Source: a virus (lineage: Duplodnaviria > Heunggongvirae > Uroviricota > Caudoviricetes). From it: a stretch of 64,000 nucleotides of DNA. Location of the stretch: positions 49,999-113,998 of IMG/VR virus record IMGVR_UViG_3300015360_001243, one strand, 5' to 3'. A program made the translations under genes and the position numbers. Shown piece after piece: positions 15,913 to 26,030 of the stretch. The notes under the pieces are model-generated. The model did no database searches and was not told the DNA's origin. It saw nothing but the letters and a program-made list of their open reading frames with translations. Within the stretch, counting starts at the first letter, position 1. Every line of letters begins with the position of its first letter.

Positions 15913-17067
15913 ATGGCAAAACAAGAGCAGACGATGACCACTTCGGATTTTAATCTGGAGAAATTAAATACCAAAGATTTATCGGAGCATGTGGCCGCTA
16001 CTATTCAAGTAGGTGGTAACATTGCCATCTTCGGTCGAAGAGGAACGGGCAAGACCGAAATCTCCAAACAAGAAATCAAAAAGGCAGACATGCTTGAAGT
16101 TTACATCAACCTTTCCGTTATGGAACGAGTTGACTTGGGTGGGTACCCAAACTTCGCGGCTGCAAATAAGGCAGTAGAAGCTAACAAGAAAGCATTCATT
16201 GACTTTCTTCTTCCTCAGTTTTACGAAGCCATGTTGGACAAAGATGTCCTAGCGGGCAAGAAGGGCGTTGTTGCTCTTCTAGACGAAGTGGATAAGGCTG
16301 ACCCTAGTTTATGGGCACCTCTTCTAGAGTTTACTCAATTCCGATCTATCAATGGCCAAAGGCTCGATTACCTGTGGGCAACCATCATGACAGGCAATCT
16401 TATCTCTGAAGGAGGCGCGAGACCCAGCCTTCCGCTTCTAGATAGAGCTGAAAAGTATTTGGTTGAAGCAGATGCTTCTTCTTGGTTGGAGTGGGCAGGT
16501 AAGTCGGGGGGTATTCATCCTTCTATCACCGCATACATTACTGATCATCCTAAGGATTTGTTCGGGGCAGTTGATCCGGAAGATCGTTATGCCGATCCTT
16601 CTCCTCGTGGTTGGTATCGCGCATCTGAACTTCTCTACAAGGGAGAAGAGCGAGGTTGGAGTTCCGCCCTTTTGAACAAGAAGGTCTGCGGCTGTATCGG
16701 TAAGGATGCCGGTATCAAATACTCCAATTACTACGAGCACTATCAGCAACTTCTTCCAATGATTGAAGACATTTATGCTGGTAAGGATGTTGCCGGTCGT
16801 TACGCGGTCCTTGAACCAACCAAGAAGTTGGTTGCTTGTATGATTACCTGCGCTCGCCTTGCCACTCAACTTGACCAGGCTCCTGAAGGAGAAGCGCCTC
16901 CGGCAGTCAAGCATGTTGGTAAATTCTTACAAAAGGTTTCTTACGAAAACGTCCTTGTTGCCGTTAGAAGTCAGATTCAGATTGACCGTCTTGTCAAATT
17001 CAACCTTGACGAGCACCCTGAGTGGGAGCAGGTCTTGAACAAGATCAACAAAAAGGTTGAAGACTGA
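15913..17067 (+). CDS. AAA+ ATPase, CobS/MoxR-like
   Basis: Walker A FGRRGTGKTE, Walker B LLDEVDKA and VDLGGYP (cf. CobS dLvG). Confidence 0.7.
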   Translation: MAKQEQTMTTSDFNLEKLNTKDLSEHVAATIQVGGNIAIFGRRGTGKTEISKQEIKKADMLEVYINLSVMERVDLGGYPNFAAANKAVEANKKAFIDFLLPQFYEAMLDKDVLAGKKGVVALLDEVDKADPSLWAPLLEFTQFRSINGQRLDYLWATIMTGNLISEGGARPSLPLLDRAEKYLVEADASSWLEWAGKSGGIHPSITAYITDHPKDLFGAVDPEDRYADPSPRGWYRASELLYKGEERGWSSALLNKKVCGCIGKDAGIKYSNYYEHYQQLLPMIEDIYAGKDVAGRYAVLEPTKKLVACMITCARLATQLDQAPEGEAPPAVKHVGKFLQKVSYENVLVAVRSQIQIDRLVKFNLDEHPEWEQVLNKINKKVED

Positions 17068-17121
17068 TTTACCTATTAAATACCTGTATTGCTTTAGTTA
17101 TATAGATATTTGGAGTATTAA

Positions 17122-18831
17122 ATGAAATTTTCTAGAGTGATAGGGAAAGTTGATCCTAAACTAGTTGCCCAAGCTGAAGAGAAACTATCTCAGGTTTTTC
17201 TTGAGCTTGGCACTAGGTACAACAATGAGCACGTCGGAACTGGTATGGGAGGAGATCCCCTTATCTTCGGGCTGATGTATCCGGTAGAACATGTTTGTAC
17301 ATTGAACATGCCAACTGCGGCTACTGATGGCAAAAGATATTACTGGAATCCAAAGTTCGTTATTAAACAATCCAGAATCGGATTGCGCATCATTTGCGGC
17401 CATGAAGCATGGCACGCGCTCTACATGCACCCTCAAAGAAGAGGGTCTCGCTTACCAAAGCTGTGGAATATTGCAGTTGACTACATCGTTAATGGAACGG
17501 TGATGGATGACTTCAAAGCTAGAAGAATGGATCCAAAGGAGATGTTCAGCAAGCATCTTGGTAAGTACATGACGCTTACTCAATATGCTGAGATGCTCAA
17601 GAATCCTTTTGCTCCAATCAAAGGTTTTGAAGATTTAAAGCCTGGAGATCAAGATCAGGCTGATCCTTCTGTTGAATTACCAGGTCCCAATGAAGATAGG
17701 GAGTTGACCCCAAAAGAAATCAAAGAACTTGAACGCAAAGAAAAGGCCACTAAGTTTTTCTATGCCGACCCTGATCTCGATGAAGAGATGAAGCGTCCTG
17801 AGAGAATCTACGACTTTCTTTACAATCTATTACCTAAATGCCCAAAGTGCGGCAGTGTAGGTATGTACAAGATGCCTAGCAAGGGCAAAGGTAAAGACAA
17901 GGGCAAGGATAAAGGCAAAAGCGATAAGCAAGATCAAGGCCAAGGTAAGGATAAGCAAAAGACCCAAGGGCAAGATCAAGGCCAGAATGATCAGCACGAT
18001 CATGGCGATGGTCAACCTTGTAACTGCCCGGATCATCAGGGACAAGACCAAGGTGACCAGGGACAGGGTGGACAGGGGGGACAGGATCAAGGCGAGAGCT
18101 GCTGCGGTGGATGCGGCGGTGGATTTGATATCTTCGGATTCGGATCAACCCTTGACGACCACATGGACACTGAAGAGTCGGAAGAGAAGCTTGCTAAGAG
18201 AATCTCTGACGCAATGGAAGCTGCCAAGAAGATGGCAGGGCATGTACCAGCCGCCCTTGAAGATGAACTTGGTAAGTTGACCGCACCTAAGGTTACTTGG
18301 CAGGACATCATCCGAACTAGGCTACTTAAGGCTAGAGCCGGTAATGGTCGTAATGACTGGACTCGATTTAGAACTCGCCCAATGTTTGCAGGGTTGTTAG
18401 TTCCTAAGAGAAAGAACTACTATGCACATTTTGGTTGCTTGCTGGACACCAGCGGCTCTATGGGTAAAGAAGATATGGCCTTTGGGTTATCTCAACTTGC
18501 TGCTCTAGATGAGCGCTCAGAAGGGACTGTAGTGCCGGCAGATGCCACTCTTTACTGGGATAAGGCAACCAAGCTCAAGAAGGCTAACTTTGAAGAACTT
18601 GCTAAGGTCAAAATCTTTGGTCGAGGCGGAACCCAGTTTGCTGAGTTCTTTACTGACTATGAAGAACATATTGGAGCTTGTGACTTCCTAATCGTCATTA
18701 CTGATGGTTTCTTGCTAGATACTGACATAGCATCAATGAAGCATCCTGGCAAGGATGTTATCTGGCTAATCACTAGTGGAAGTGCTTTCAATCCTCCATT
18801 TGGAAGAGCATTCGACCTTAGAGCCACTTGA
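17122..18831 (+). CDS. von Willebrand factor A (VWA) domain protein, CobT-like, with an internal K/G/D/Q-rich low-complexity segment
   Basis: MIDAS motif GCLLDTSGSMG. The low-complexity stretch runs KGKGKDKGKDKGKSDKQDQGQGKDKQKTQGQDQG...GQGGQGGQDQGESCCGGCGG. Confidence 0.7.
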   Translation: MKFSRVIGKVDPKLVAQAEEKLSQVFLELGTRYNNEHVGTGMGGDPLIFGLMYPVEHVCTLNMPTAATDGKRYYWNPKFVIKQSRIGLRIICGHEAWHALYMHPQRRGSRLPKLWNIAVDYIVNGTVMDDFKARRMDPKEMFSKHLGKYMTLTQYAEMLKNPFAPIKGFEDLKPGDQDQADPSVELPGPNEDRELTPKEIKELERKEKATKFFYADPDLDEEMKRPERIYDFLYNLLPKCPKCGSVGMYKMPSKGKGKDKGKDKGKSDKQDQGQGKDKQKTQGQDQGQNDQHDHGDGQPCNCPDHQGQDQGDQGQGGQGGQDQGESCCGGCGGGFDIFGFGSTLDDHMDTEESEEKLAKRISDAMEAAKKMAGHVPAALEDELGKLTAPKVTWQDIIRTRLLKARAGNGRNDWTRFRTRPMFAGLLVPKRKNYYAHFGCLLDTSGSMGKEDMAFGLSQLAALDERSEGTVVPADATLYWDKATKLKKANFEELAKVKIFGRGGTQFAEFFTDYEEHIGACDFLIVITDGFLLDTDIASMKHPGKDVIWLITSGSAFNPPFGRAFDLRAT

Positions 18832-18832
18832 T

Positions 18833-19168
18833 ATGAGAAGAGTAGAGAAGCCTTGGGGTTATGAATTGATTTGGGCTGAAACCGATAATTATGTAGGTAA
18901 AATCTTACATATCAATAAAGGTCATAAGTTATCTCGTCAATTTCATAACCATAAGGAAGAAACATTCTTAATCCAAAGTGGAGAGATGACTTTAGAGGTG
19001 GGTAGAGATGAGAATATGATTCCTATTAACATGAGAATAGGAGATACTTTTCATTGTCTACCAGGAACTATTCATCGTATGGTTGCTGTATCTGATGTAG
19101 ATGTAATTGAAGTATCTACTCCTCAATTAGATGACGTTGTAAGAATTGAAGACGATTACGGACGTTGA
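18833..19168 (+). CDS. small cupin-domain protein
   Basis: EKPWGYELIW and KILHINKGHKLSRQFHNHKEETFLIQSGEM show two cupin motifs. The start is set to the ATG after the upstream stop. Confidence 0.55.
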   Translation: MRRVEKPWGYELIWAETDNYVGKILHINKGHKLSRQFHNHKEETFLIQSGEMTLEVGRDENMIPINMRIGDTFHCLPGTIHRMVAVSDVDVIEVSTPQLDDVVRIEDDYGR

Positions 19169-19236
19169 CCTTGACAACAGCCGGTTCGGTTTTATGTTGG
19201 GGCAAGCGTCCGGGATTGCGTTATATTCATTACTAG

Positions 19237-19701
19237 ATGAATAACGTAATCTATCTTAAGTTTTATAATAAGAGTAAGTTCCCTCCGGGCAAGTGGGTCT
19301 CTGAACCTGATTACTGTAGGTGGATTAGAAACGATTTAGTTTGCGTAGCTTTACGCGACATGTCTCTGGGTATCTGGAAAGGATTTGTTGGGTTAGACTC
19401 GACTCATCCTTGTTATGGTAAATCAGTGGAAGACATTCTTAAAGCTCCCACAATGATTGATGCATTCTTATCAATCTATGGTGGTATTTGTACAGCAGGG
19501 CACTTGCCAGCTCGATACGAAGAAGACGCAAAGAAGTTATGGTGGATAGGGTGTGAGACCTCGCATGGTGGAGATCTGTATCCCTTGTTGAAAACCACTC
19601 CAGATATGGATAATTTGTTATCTGGTCAGACCTACAAAGACTTAGCTTTCATTAGAAGAGAAACTAATAAACTAGCAACGTATGTGTCTAGGATAAAATG
19701 A
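19237..19701 (+). CDS. hypothetical protein
   Basis: ORF in the gene chain. Confidence 0.45.
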   Translation: MNNVIYLKFYNKSKFPPGKWVSEPDYCRWIRNDLVCVALRDMSLGIWKGFVGLDSTHPCYGKSVEDILKAPTMIDAFLSIYGGICTAGHLPARYEEDAKKLWWIGCETSHGGDLYPLLKTTPDMDNLLSGQTYKDLAFIRRETNKLATYVSRIK

Positions 19702-19794
19702 CTATGACTGGATTTATCATTCTCGATATTATTTTGAGTGTCGGCCTGTTCTATAATCTCTCTAAAGAGAAGTAATTCAACATTGGAGTAAGTT

Positions 19795-20295
19795 GTGGAT
19801 TTAGTAACGAAAATTGCCCTTGGCGGCGGATTGTTCGCGGTGTTTGCTTTTGTCCATTTCTTTGTTGACTGGATCTTCCAGAGTCATGCTGAAGCTATGG
19901 TCAAACACAATAACCCAAAGATTAGAGCTAAACATTGTTTAATTTATACTCTTGGGTTTGTTCCGTTGATGTGGGCTCTAGGATTCACGAATTGGGAATG
20001 GGTCTTTGGACTCAATATTCTTTTCTGGTCTCACTTCTGTGAAGATACCTATCTACCAGTTTATCTGTGGGCCAAGCATATTCGTAAGCCACCCGAGATG
20101 ATTGAACCTTGGAAGGAAACTTACATGCGACCCAATGGTGAGATGGCTTTCAAGGTTCATCCAGCCGATCCTAAGAGAGGGTTCGTTGAGTTTGTTCAAA
20201 CTCCACTTGGGAAGATTCTTATGATTGCCATTGACCAAATCATTCATTTATCTTTCTTGTTCCCGCTCGTTTGGATGGTCATGCGCCACAAGTGA
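19795..20295 (+). CDS. hypothetical integral membrane protein
   Basis: Four predicted hydrophobic helices; GTG/TTG start. Confidence 0.4.
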   Translation: MDLVTKIALGGGLFAVFAFVHFFVDWIFQSHAEAMVKHNNPKIRAKHCLIYTLGFVPLMWALGFTNWEWVFGLNILFWSHFCEDTYLPVYLWAKHIRKPPEMIEPWKETYMRPNGEMAFKVHPADPKRGFVEFVQTPLGKILMIAIDQIIHLSFLFPLVWMVMRHK

Positions 20296-20391
20296 TTTTA
20301 ATAAAATGGTCGGCATCTTGACTTCGATATTGTAAAACTTATGATGTGAGGACTGCCGGATGTCCCGGCGTACCCCTCAAGGATTATTGTA

Positions 20392-22488
20392 ATGAAGCTG
20401 AATGAGACGAAGCCTTATCTGGAAAGTTCTGGCGAACTTGAAGAGCATTCCTTTGCAATTCAAGATCAGGGAATGATCTTTGATATCTTGCGCAACAAGA
20501 TGTATTCCAATTGCATCTTGGCAATCTGCCGCGAGATCTCTTGCAACGCGAGGGATGCGCATCGTGAAGTAGGAACACCTAAGGTTCCCGTTCACATTCA
20601 CCTTCCCAATAATCTTGAACCGTATTTCAAGATTAAGGACTTCGGACCTGGTATTAGTCCAGACCGAATGATCAATATCTTTATCAAGTATACGGCTAGC
20701 ACCAAAAGAAGCGATAACGTCCAGACTGGTGGCTTCGGCCTTGGAGCTAAGACTCCCTTCTCCTATAGCGATACCTTTAGTATCATTACCATTCATGATG
20801 GTACTAAGTACAATTACAACTGTGTAATTGATGAAACTAAGATTGGTAAGATTATGCTTACCTCTCAGTCGCCTACTAAGGAAAAGAATGGAACGGAGAT
20901 CATGATTCCGGTTCTTCCGAAGGACTTCAACGATTTTACTACCTATACGGAGCAAGCTTGTCGTCATTGGGAAGTTAAGCCAGAAATCAAAGGCGGGACC
21001 GTTCGTTGGCAAGAGAGCACCTTCATCCTTGAAGGAGATAAGTGGGCCATTGCTAATTCACACGGGAGTGGTAATCGTAACGCCCGAATGATTATTGATG
21101 GTATTGAGTATCCTCTTGACCTTACCTCTCTACGTAACTACGCAGATACTAAACTGATTGATGCTGCTCAAGGGCATTTCGTCATGTACTTTGGAGTTGG
21201 TGAGCTAAGCCTTTCAGCTAGCCGTGAGGCCATCTATCTGGACGAGCGCACCAAGAGTATCATTCGTGATCGATTGGAGGCTATTCGTCAAGCTCTCCGT
21301 CAAAAAGCTGTGGAAAAGATTGAGTCCTTCGATAATCTGTGGGATGCCAATATTTATTACAATCTAGAGTTGAGCAAGGCCTTCAACAACATTCAGTTTC
21401 TTGGCCAGCTTACTTGGAAAAATCTTCCACTAACCAGCAATGGTTTTAGTGTTGGTTGTTCTGGATTCCTTTTTATAAAGGGTAAGTACTCTCGTAAGTA
21501 TGGTACAGATCCGAGCAAACTTTCTCGTGGTTCGAGCGAATACATTCGTTTCGAAAAGAATGCGGTCATCTACATCAATGACCTAAGCATTAAGGAGCCT
21601 ACTCCTAAGCATCTTAAGAAGGCATTTGAAGATGATGCTGATTTGAAGTCGGCTTATGTTATTTGCCCGACTGATAAGGTGACCTTTGATATTTTGAACA
21701 AGAGACTTCATTTGGAAAAAATGGGGGTAAAATTTCTGTCCACCATTACCAAAGCCACTGGGCGTGCTTATACTCCTCCTGCCGAGCGCTTGCTTGTCTT
21801 TAAATTCGACCGAAGTGCTTGTGCGTTTCGTCAGGTTAGTTACGCATCGGTTGATGAAGATAAGTCAACCAAGATTCTTTGTGAGCTTCAACGCGACAGT
21901 TATAATGGCAACCGTACTGCTCTTCTGGGCAAAGGTCATTTGGACTGGCATGCCATGAAGACCTTAATGAATAAGTACCCTAATCATACCTTCTATGGTG
22001 TTGATAAAGGAACCAATCCGGATAGGATTAAAAACGATTTCTCTGATTTTATCTCAGCAGAAAACTTTATTCAAGAGAAAGTTGTTGATAACAAAGCTAT
22101 CAACTATGTTGAAATTAAGTTTGCTATCACTCATCATAATAATGTTGATGAGCGGATGCTTCGGGTTAAAGACACCATGAAGAAGCTGGTTAAAGATTCA
22201 GGTAGCCTCTTTTTCCAACGACAAGCAGCTCATGAAAAGATTCGCGAAATCGCCAAAGCGGATAAAGACTTGCTTGATATTTACCAACATGCCAAGGGCG
22301 AAATTGACAAAGCGCAGTTAGAAGGCTTTGCCAAGGCAAATCCGAATCTTGATATTCTTAAGTTCAATAAACTTTATAATAAAAAGTATCCTCTGCTGCA
22401 ACATATTGACAGTTACAATTACGATGCTGTTGCGTCAGAGCTGGCCAGTTACATCAATTTAATCGATAAGGAAAACGAAAATGTCTAA
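20392..22488 (+). CDS. rIIA: rIIA-like protein with an N-terminal GHKL (histidine-kinase-like) ATPase domain
   Basis: Bergerat-fold motifs are present: N box EISCNARDAHRE, G1 IKDFGPGIS and G2 GGFGLGAKTPFSY. The size (698 aa) and the position immediately upstream of the rIIB homologue match T4 rIIA. Confidence 0.7.
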   Translation: MKLNETKPYLESSGELEEHSFAIQDQGMIFDILRNKMYSNCILAICREISCNARDAHREVGTPKVPVHIHLPNNLEPYFKIKDFGPGISPDRMINIFIKYTASTKRSDNVQTGGFGLGAKTPFSYSDTFSIITIHDGTKYNYNCVIDETKIGKIMLTSQSPTKEKNGTEIMIPVLPKDFNDFTTYTEQACRHWEVKPEIKGGTVRWQESTFILEGDKWAIANSHGSGNRNARMIIDGIEYPLDLTSLRNYADTKLIDAAQGHFVMYFGVGELSLSASREAIYLDERTKSIIRDRLEAIRQALRQKAVEKIESFDNLWDANIYYNLELSKAFNNIQFLGQLTWKNLPLTSNGFSVGCSGFLFIKGKYSRKYGTDPSKLSRGSSEYIRFEKNAVIYINDLSIKEPTPKHLKKAFEDDADLKSAYVICPTDKVTFDILNKRLHLEKMGVKFLSTITKATGRAYTPPAERLLVFKFDRSACAFRQVSYASVDEDKSTKILCELQRDSYNGNRTALLGKGHLDWHAMKTLMNKYPNHTFYGVDKGTNPDRIKNDFSDFISAENFIQEKVVDNKAINYVEIKFAITHHNNVDERMLRVKDTMKKLVKDSGSLFFQRQAAHEKIREIAKADKDLLDIYQHAKGEIDKAQLEGFAKANPNLDILKFNKLYNKKYPLLQHIDSYNYDAVASELASYINLIDKENENV

Positions 22489-23452
22489 ACTCAAGGGATA
22501 TCAGATTACGGATCAATACGTTACCGTCAACTACGATGGGCAGACCCACATCGTTCCGAGAACGGAAGCACTTGCAGATGCGCTGATTAAAGCGCTTCGT
22601 GAGGGTCAAGCCGACAAGATTCCTGATCTGGTGGTTATCTCTAAGAGAATCAAGAAGTTCTCTAATGGTAACTTCGTCATCAAGGATGGCAAGGTTCTTG
22701 TCAATGGGCAAGAGGCACCTAAGGTTTTGGGAGATAAGATCTTCCGATTCTCTAGTGAAGGTCTTCCTTTTCAGCCGCTGGTCAAGTTTGCTGAGAAACT
22801 TCAGCGCAACCCCAGTTTCCGAGCAGTCAATGAGCTATTCGGCTTTCTTGAAAAGAACAACCATCCGATTACCGAAGAAGGCAATTTCATTGCTTACAAG
22901 CGTGTTCGTGGTACCTTCAAGGATATCCACTCCAATACCTTCGACAACACGCCCGGAACTACGGTAGAAATCAATCGTAACCAGGTTGATGAAGATTCAT
23001 CGGTTACTTGTAGTCGAGGACTTCACGTAGCTAACTGGGACTATGCTCATAATCATTTCGCCAGCAGCGATAGTCAGACTGACATCATGTTGGAAGTTGA
23101 GGTTGATCCGGCTGATGTTGTGGCAATTCCTGCCGATTACAACAATGCCAAGATTCGTGTCTGCAAGTACAAGGTTCTTGGTGTGGTTGACAGTGAACAC
23201 TCTTCGGATACATCTCTTCGAGTGACCAATCCCTCTTACACGACTGCTGGTTCTTATGCTTCTGATGAAGACGAAGATGAGGACGAAGAGTATACATGTG
23301 AGGATTGCGGTGAAGAGACTGATGGCCAAGATCTTTGTGATGATTGTGACTACGAGCGCGATCAAGAGTACGAAGATGAGGAAGAGGAAGAGGAAGAGGA
23401 AGAAGACGAGGATAACGATGAATATCCTTGGAAGGATGAGTTGAACGAGTAA
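22481..23452 (+). CDS. rIIB: rIIB-like protein with an added poly-acidic C-terminal tail
   Basis: PSFRAVNELFGFLEKNNHPITEEGNFIAYKRV, HSNTFDNTPG, TCSRGLHV and IPADYNNAKIRVCKYKV align with T4 rIIB. The C-terminus is a DEDEDEDEE...EEEEEEEEEDEDNDE tail with CxxC pairs. Confidence 0.8.
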   Translation: MSKLKGYQITDQYVTVNYDGQTHIVPRTEALADALIKALREGQADKIPDLVVISKRIKKFSNGNFVIKDGKVLVNGQEAPKVLGDKIFRFSSEGLPFQPLVKFAEKLQRNPSFRAVNELFGFLEKNNHPITEEGNFIAYKRVRGTFKDIHSNTFDNTPGTTVEINRNQVDEDSSVTCSRGLHVANWDYAHNHFASSDSQTDIMLEVEVDPADVVAIPADYNNAKIRVCKYKVLGVVDSEHSSDTSLRVTNPSYTTAGSYASDEDEDEDEEYTCEDCGEETDGQDLCDDCDYERDQEYEDEEEEEEEEEDEDNDEYPWKDELNE

Positions 23453-23466
23453 TCTTTCTTAATTCT

Positions 23467-23510
23467 AGCCCGCAGTGATTGATATAAAGTCACTGCGGGC
23501 TTTTGCTTTT
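23467..23510 (+). terminator. rho-independent terminator after rIIB
   Basis: The hairpin AGCCCGCAGTGA..TCACTGCGGGCT is followed by TTTTGCTTTTT. Confidence 0.8.
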
Positions 23511-23520
23511 TGAGGTCAAT

Positions 23521-24711
23521 ATGAATATCGCAATCTTGGGCGCAATGTGGGGAGACGAGGGCAAGGGGCATATTACCCATCATCTTTCAAAAGATTATGA
23601 CTGGGTAATCCGATTCAATGGCGGAGCCAATGCTGGACATACCATCTATCGAGATGGTAAGAAGTATGTTCATAACCTTCTTCCCTCTGTTGATTTCCGT
23701 GTTCCGCAAGTCAAGTCTTATCTTGGCGCCGGAATGGTCATTGACCTTGAAAAGCTTCGTGATGAAGTCTATGATGCCGATGAAGCTTTCCCTGGCGTAG
23801 GCAAGCGCATTTATGTAGATAAAAATGCTTTTATCGTGCAGTACAAGCATAAGGAAGAAGATAAGGCCAAGAATGCTCATATTGGATCTACCAATCGTGG
23901 TATTGGTCCAGCTTATATGGATAAGGTTGGTCGTAGCGGCATTAGAGTGGGAGACTTGTTTAGTACTAGTTTCCCCACTAGTGACTACACTGATATTATG
24001 TATCAGCTTGTAGGTAAAGGCGTTAACTTCGTCAATCTGCTAAGTGTTCGAGATGAAATGAGTCGAGGCAACCTTCTTTATGAAGGTGCTCAGGGAGTGC
24101 TTCTTGATATCAATCACGGTATCTATCCTTATGTTAGTTGCAGTGATTGTACCATTGGTGGTATTTATTCTAGTGGATTTCATTTCGCTCCACCTAAAAA
24201 GATCTATGGTGTCGCCAAGGCCTACACTACTAAGGTAGGTGAAGGTCCCTTCCCAACTGAGATTCTTGGTGAAGAAGCGGAAGCACTCCGTAAACGTGGA
24301 AATGAGTATGGTGCAACCACTGGCCGACCTCGCCGAGTAGGCTGGTTGGACCTTCCGGCACTAGAGTATGCTTGTAAGGTATCAGGCATCACTGATCTCA
24401 TCCTTACCAAGTTTGATATCTTATCTGGGATGGAAAAGGTACCTATGTGCATTTTATATGATAAGGCGCCTACTAGTCCAAGAAGTTTTTTTGATGCTAA
24501 GCCACAATATGTTCAGATGGCCGGCTGGTCTTCAACTGAGAAATTTGCTCAGAAGTTTGAGGAAGATGATCCAAAGTATGCGGTTGAATACACCGATTAC
24601 TCGCACAACCTGTATGACTTCATTAGCCAAGTAGAGAAATCTACGGGCTGCCGAGTCGGTTATATTTCAAAAGGTACTGACGCTAAAGATATTATCAAGT
24701 GGCACCCCTGA
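23521..24711 (+). CDS. purA: adenylosuccinate synthetase
   Basis: N-terminal MNIAILGAMWGDEGKGH (PurA P-loop GDEGKGK), GSTNRGIGPAY, TGRPRRVGWLD. The start is set to the ATG with a GAGG Shine-Dalgarno 5 nt upstream. Confidence 0.9.
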   Translation: MNIAILGAMWGDEGKGHITHHLSKDYDWVIRFNGGANAGHTIYRDGKKYVHNLLPSVDFRVPQVKSYLGAGMVIDLEKLRDEVYDADEAFPGVGKRIYVDKNAFIVQYKHKEEDKAKNAHIGSTNRGIGPAYMDKVGRSGIRVGDLFSTSFPTSDYTDIMYQLVGKGVNFVNLLSVRDEMSRGNLLYEGAQGVLLDINHGIYPYVSCSDCTIGGIYSSGFHFAPPKKIYGVAKAYTTKVGEGPFPTEILGEEAEALRKRGNEYGATTGRPRRVGWLDLPALEYACKVSGITDLILTKFDILSGMEKVPMCILYDKAPTSPRSFFDAKPQYVQMAGWSSTEKFAQKFEEDDPKYAVEYTDYSHNLYDFISQVEKSTGCRVGYISKGTDAKDIIKWHP

Positions 24712-24739
24712 TCATATCTAGCATGATATAGATATTGAT

Positions 24740-25780
24740 ATGGTAATTCAATTAGACAAATTATCTCCAAAATTTAGAGAGCAAGTCGATCTGTTATTAT
24801 TTACTAACAGATTAGACTTAGATCTTTCTAAATTCAAAGAGCTTCTAAAAGAAAACTACAATCAACATTACGAGTATCTTTGGGACCGTTTTCAGAGATC
24901 TTTGGAGATTTATTGGGAAGATAACGTATCTTTCTGGTCTAGTCGATTCCAATTTCTTTTAGGATTGGGTGATAAGGGGTTCTCCAAAAGAATTGAAACT
25001 CTTCTGGAAAAAAGAATGTTTGATACGATTCGCATCAAATATGATATCGATATTCGTTATGATGTCGAATACTTACAGTTCGTCGAACTTTGTAAGATTA
25101 AGTATGATCGCAAAGAGCCACTCATTTCCGTCAAGAATTATCTTACCGAAATGCCTTCATATTTAAGATCCGATAAATTAATTAGTATTGTTAATTCTTT
25201 TATTCCAACCGTATTCTCTACTATTGATGAGTACGTAGAAATAATGAGCAAGAAGATTGTTACTTCTGCTCGTAACTACGACTTACTTCTTGTGCTTCAG
25301 AAGCAAGGCGTTCCTTTTAACAAGAAACCAATTATTACGCTAGCTAAAGAGTTAGTTTTTGAGCGCGAGCGAAAATCCAAGACCAATCGTGCCTTCTTTG
25401 TTCTACTGAATGATATAGAGGTTCGTCAAGCGCTGAAGGATGATTACGGCCCTCATTATCGTCCCAAGCTGCTTACCTTGCTAAAATCTAGTGATTTTGC
25501 CTTGGTAGAAGAACTTCATTTACGAAATCTCAAAAATCTAATTGATTTGGATGCTAGTTTGGCTGACGATTTGACAATCATTTATGCTGATAAACTTTAT
25601 GCTCGTGGCTCCAAGCACAAGCACGCTAATGCGGATCGTCTTATAAGGCTGCTTAAATCGATTCCGCAAATCTCTCAGAGAAAAGTTTTAGTCTATCTAT
25701 CTTCAAACAATAAGATGGCAGATATCAAGTATGTCTTGACTGCATTCCCAGAACTTAAAAAATTAGCAGCTTTTGTGTAA
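24740..25780 (+). CDS. hypothetical protein
   Basis: 346-aa ORF. Confidence 0.45.
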   Translation: MVIQLDKLSPKFREQVDLLLFTNRLDLDLSKFKELLKENYNQHYEYLWDRFQRSLEIYWEDNVSFWSSRFQFLLGLGDKGFSKRIETLLEKRMFDTIRIKYDIDIRYDVEYLQFVELCKIKYDRKEPLISVKNYLTEMPSYLRSDKLISIVNSFIPTVFSTIDEYVEIMSKKIVTSARNYDLLLVLQKQGVPFNKKPIITLAKELVFERERKSKTNRAFFVLLNDIEVRQALKDDYGPHYRPKLLTLLKSSDFALVEELHLRNLKNLIDLDASLADDLTIIYADKLYARGSKHKHANADRLIRLLKSIPQISQRKVLVYLSSNNKMADIKYVLTAFPELKKLAAFV

Positions 25781-25789
25781 GGATTAGCT

Positions 25790-26005
25790 ATGCGGTGGAA
25801 TCATTTAGATTATAGCCTTCAACAGAAGGTAATTGATCGTATTGTAACATTATTAGAAACCGAAGAGAATGAGACCATGCAAGATGGTCTTATTGCTGCG
25901 GTTCACGAATTAGAGATATGGAGCAACACTCCGTGTCAGATAATTGGTGAACACGGATTCAGGGAAGATCCTTTTTGTGAAAATGGTTGGGAGCTTGACA
26001 AATAA
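25790..26005 (+). CDS. hypothetical small protein
   Basis: ORF. Confidence 0.35.
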   Translation: MRWNHLDYSLQQKVIDRIVTLLETEENETMQDGLIAAVHELEIWSNTPCQIIGEHGFREDPFCENGWELDK

Positions 26006-26030
26006 GTTTTAAGAATTAGATTGGGACCGT

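Noticed and set aside
17830-18311. Minus-strand and alternative-frame ORFs (17830-18090, 17876-18148, 17987-18280, 18087-18311) with repetitive L/I-rich or H/P/R-rich translations
   Set aside because: These are shadows of the GC-skewed K/G/D/Q repeat inside the VWA gene; the VWA frame is the only one with conserved motifs.
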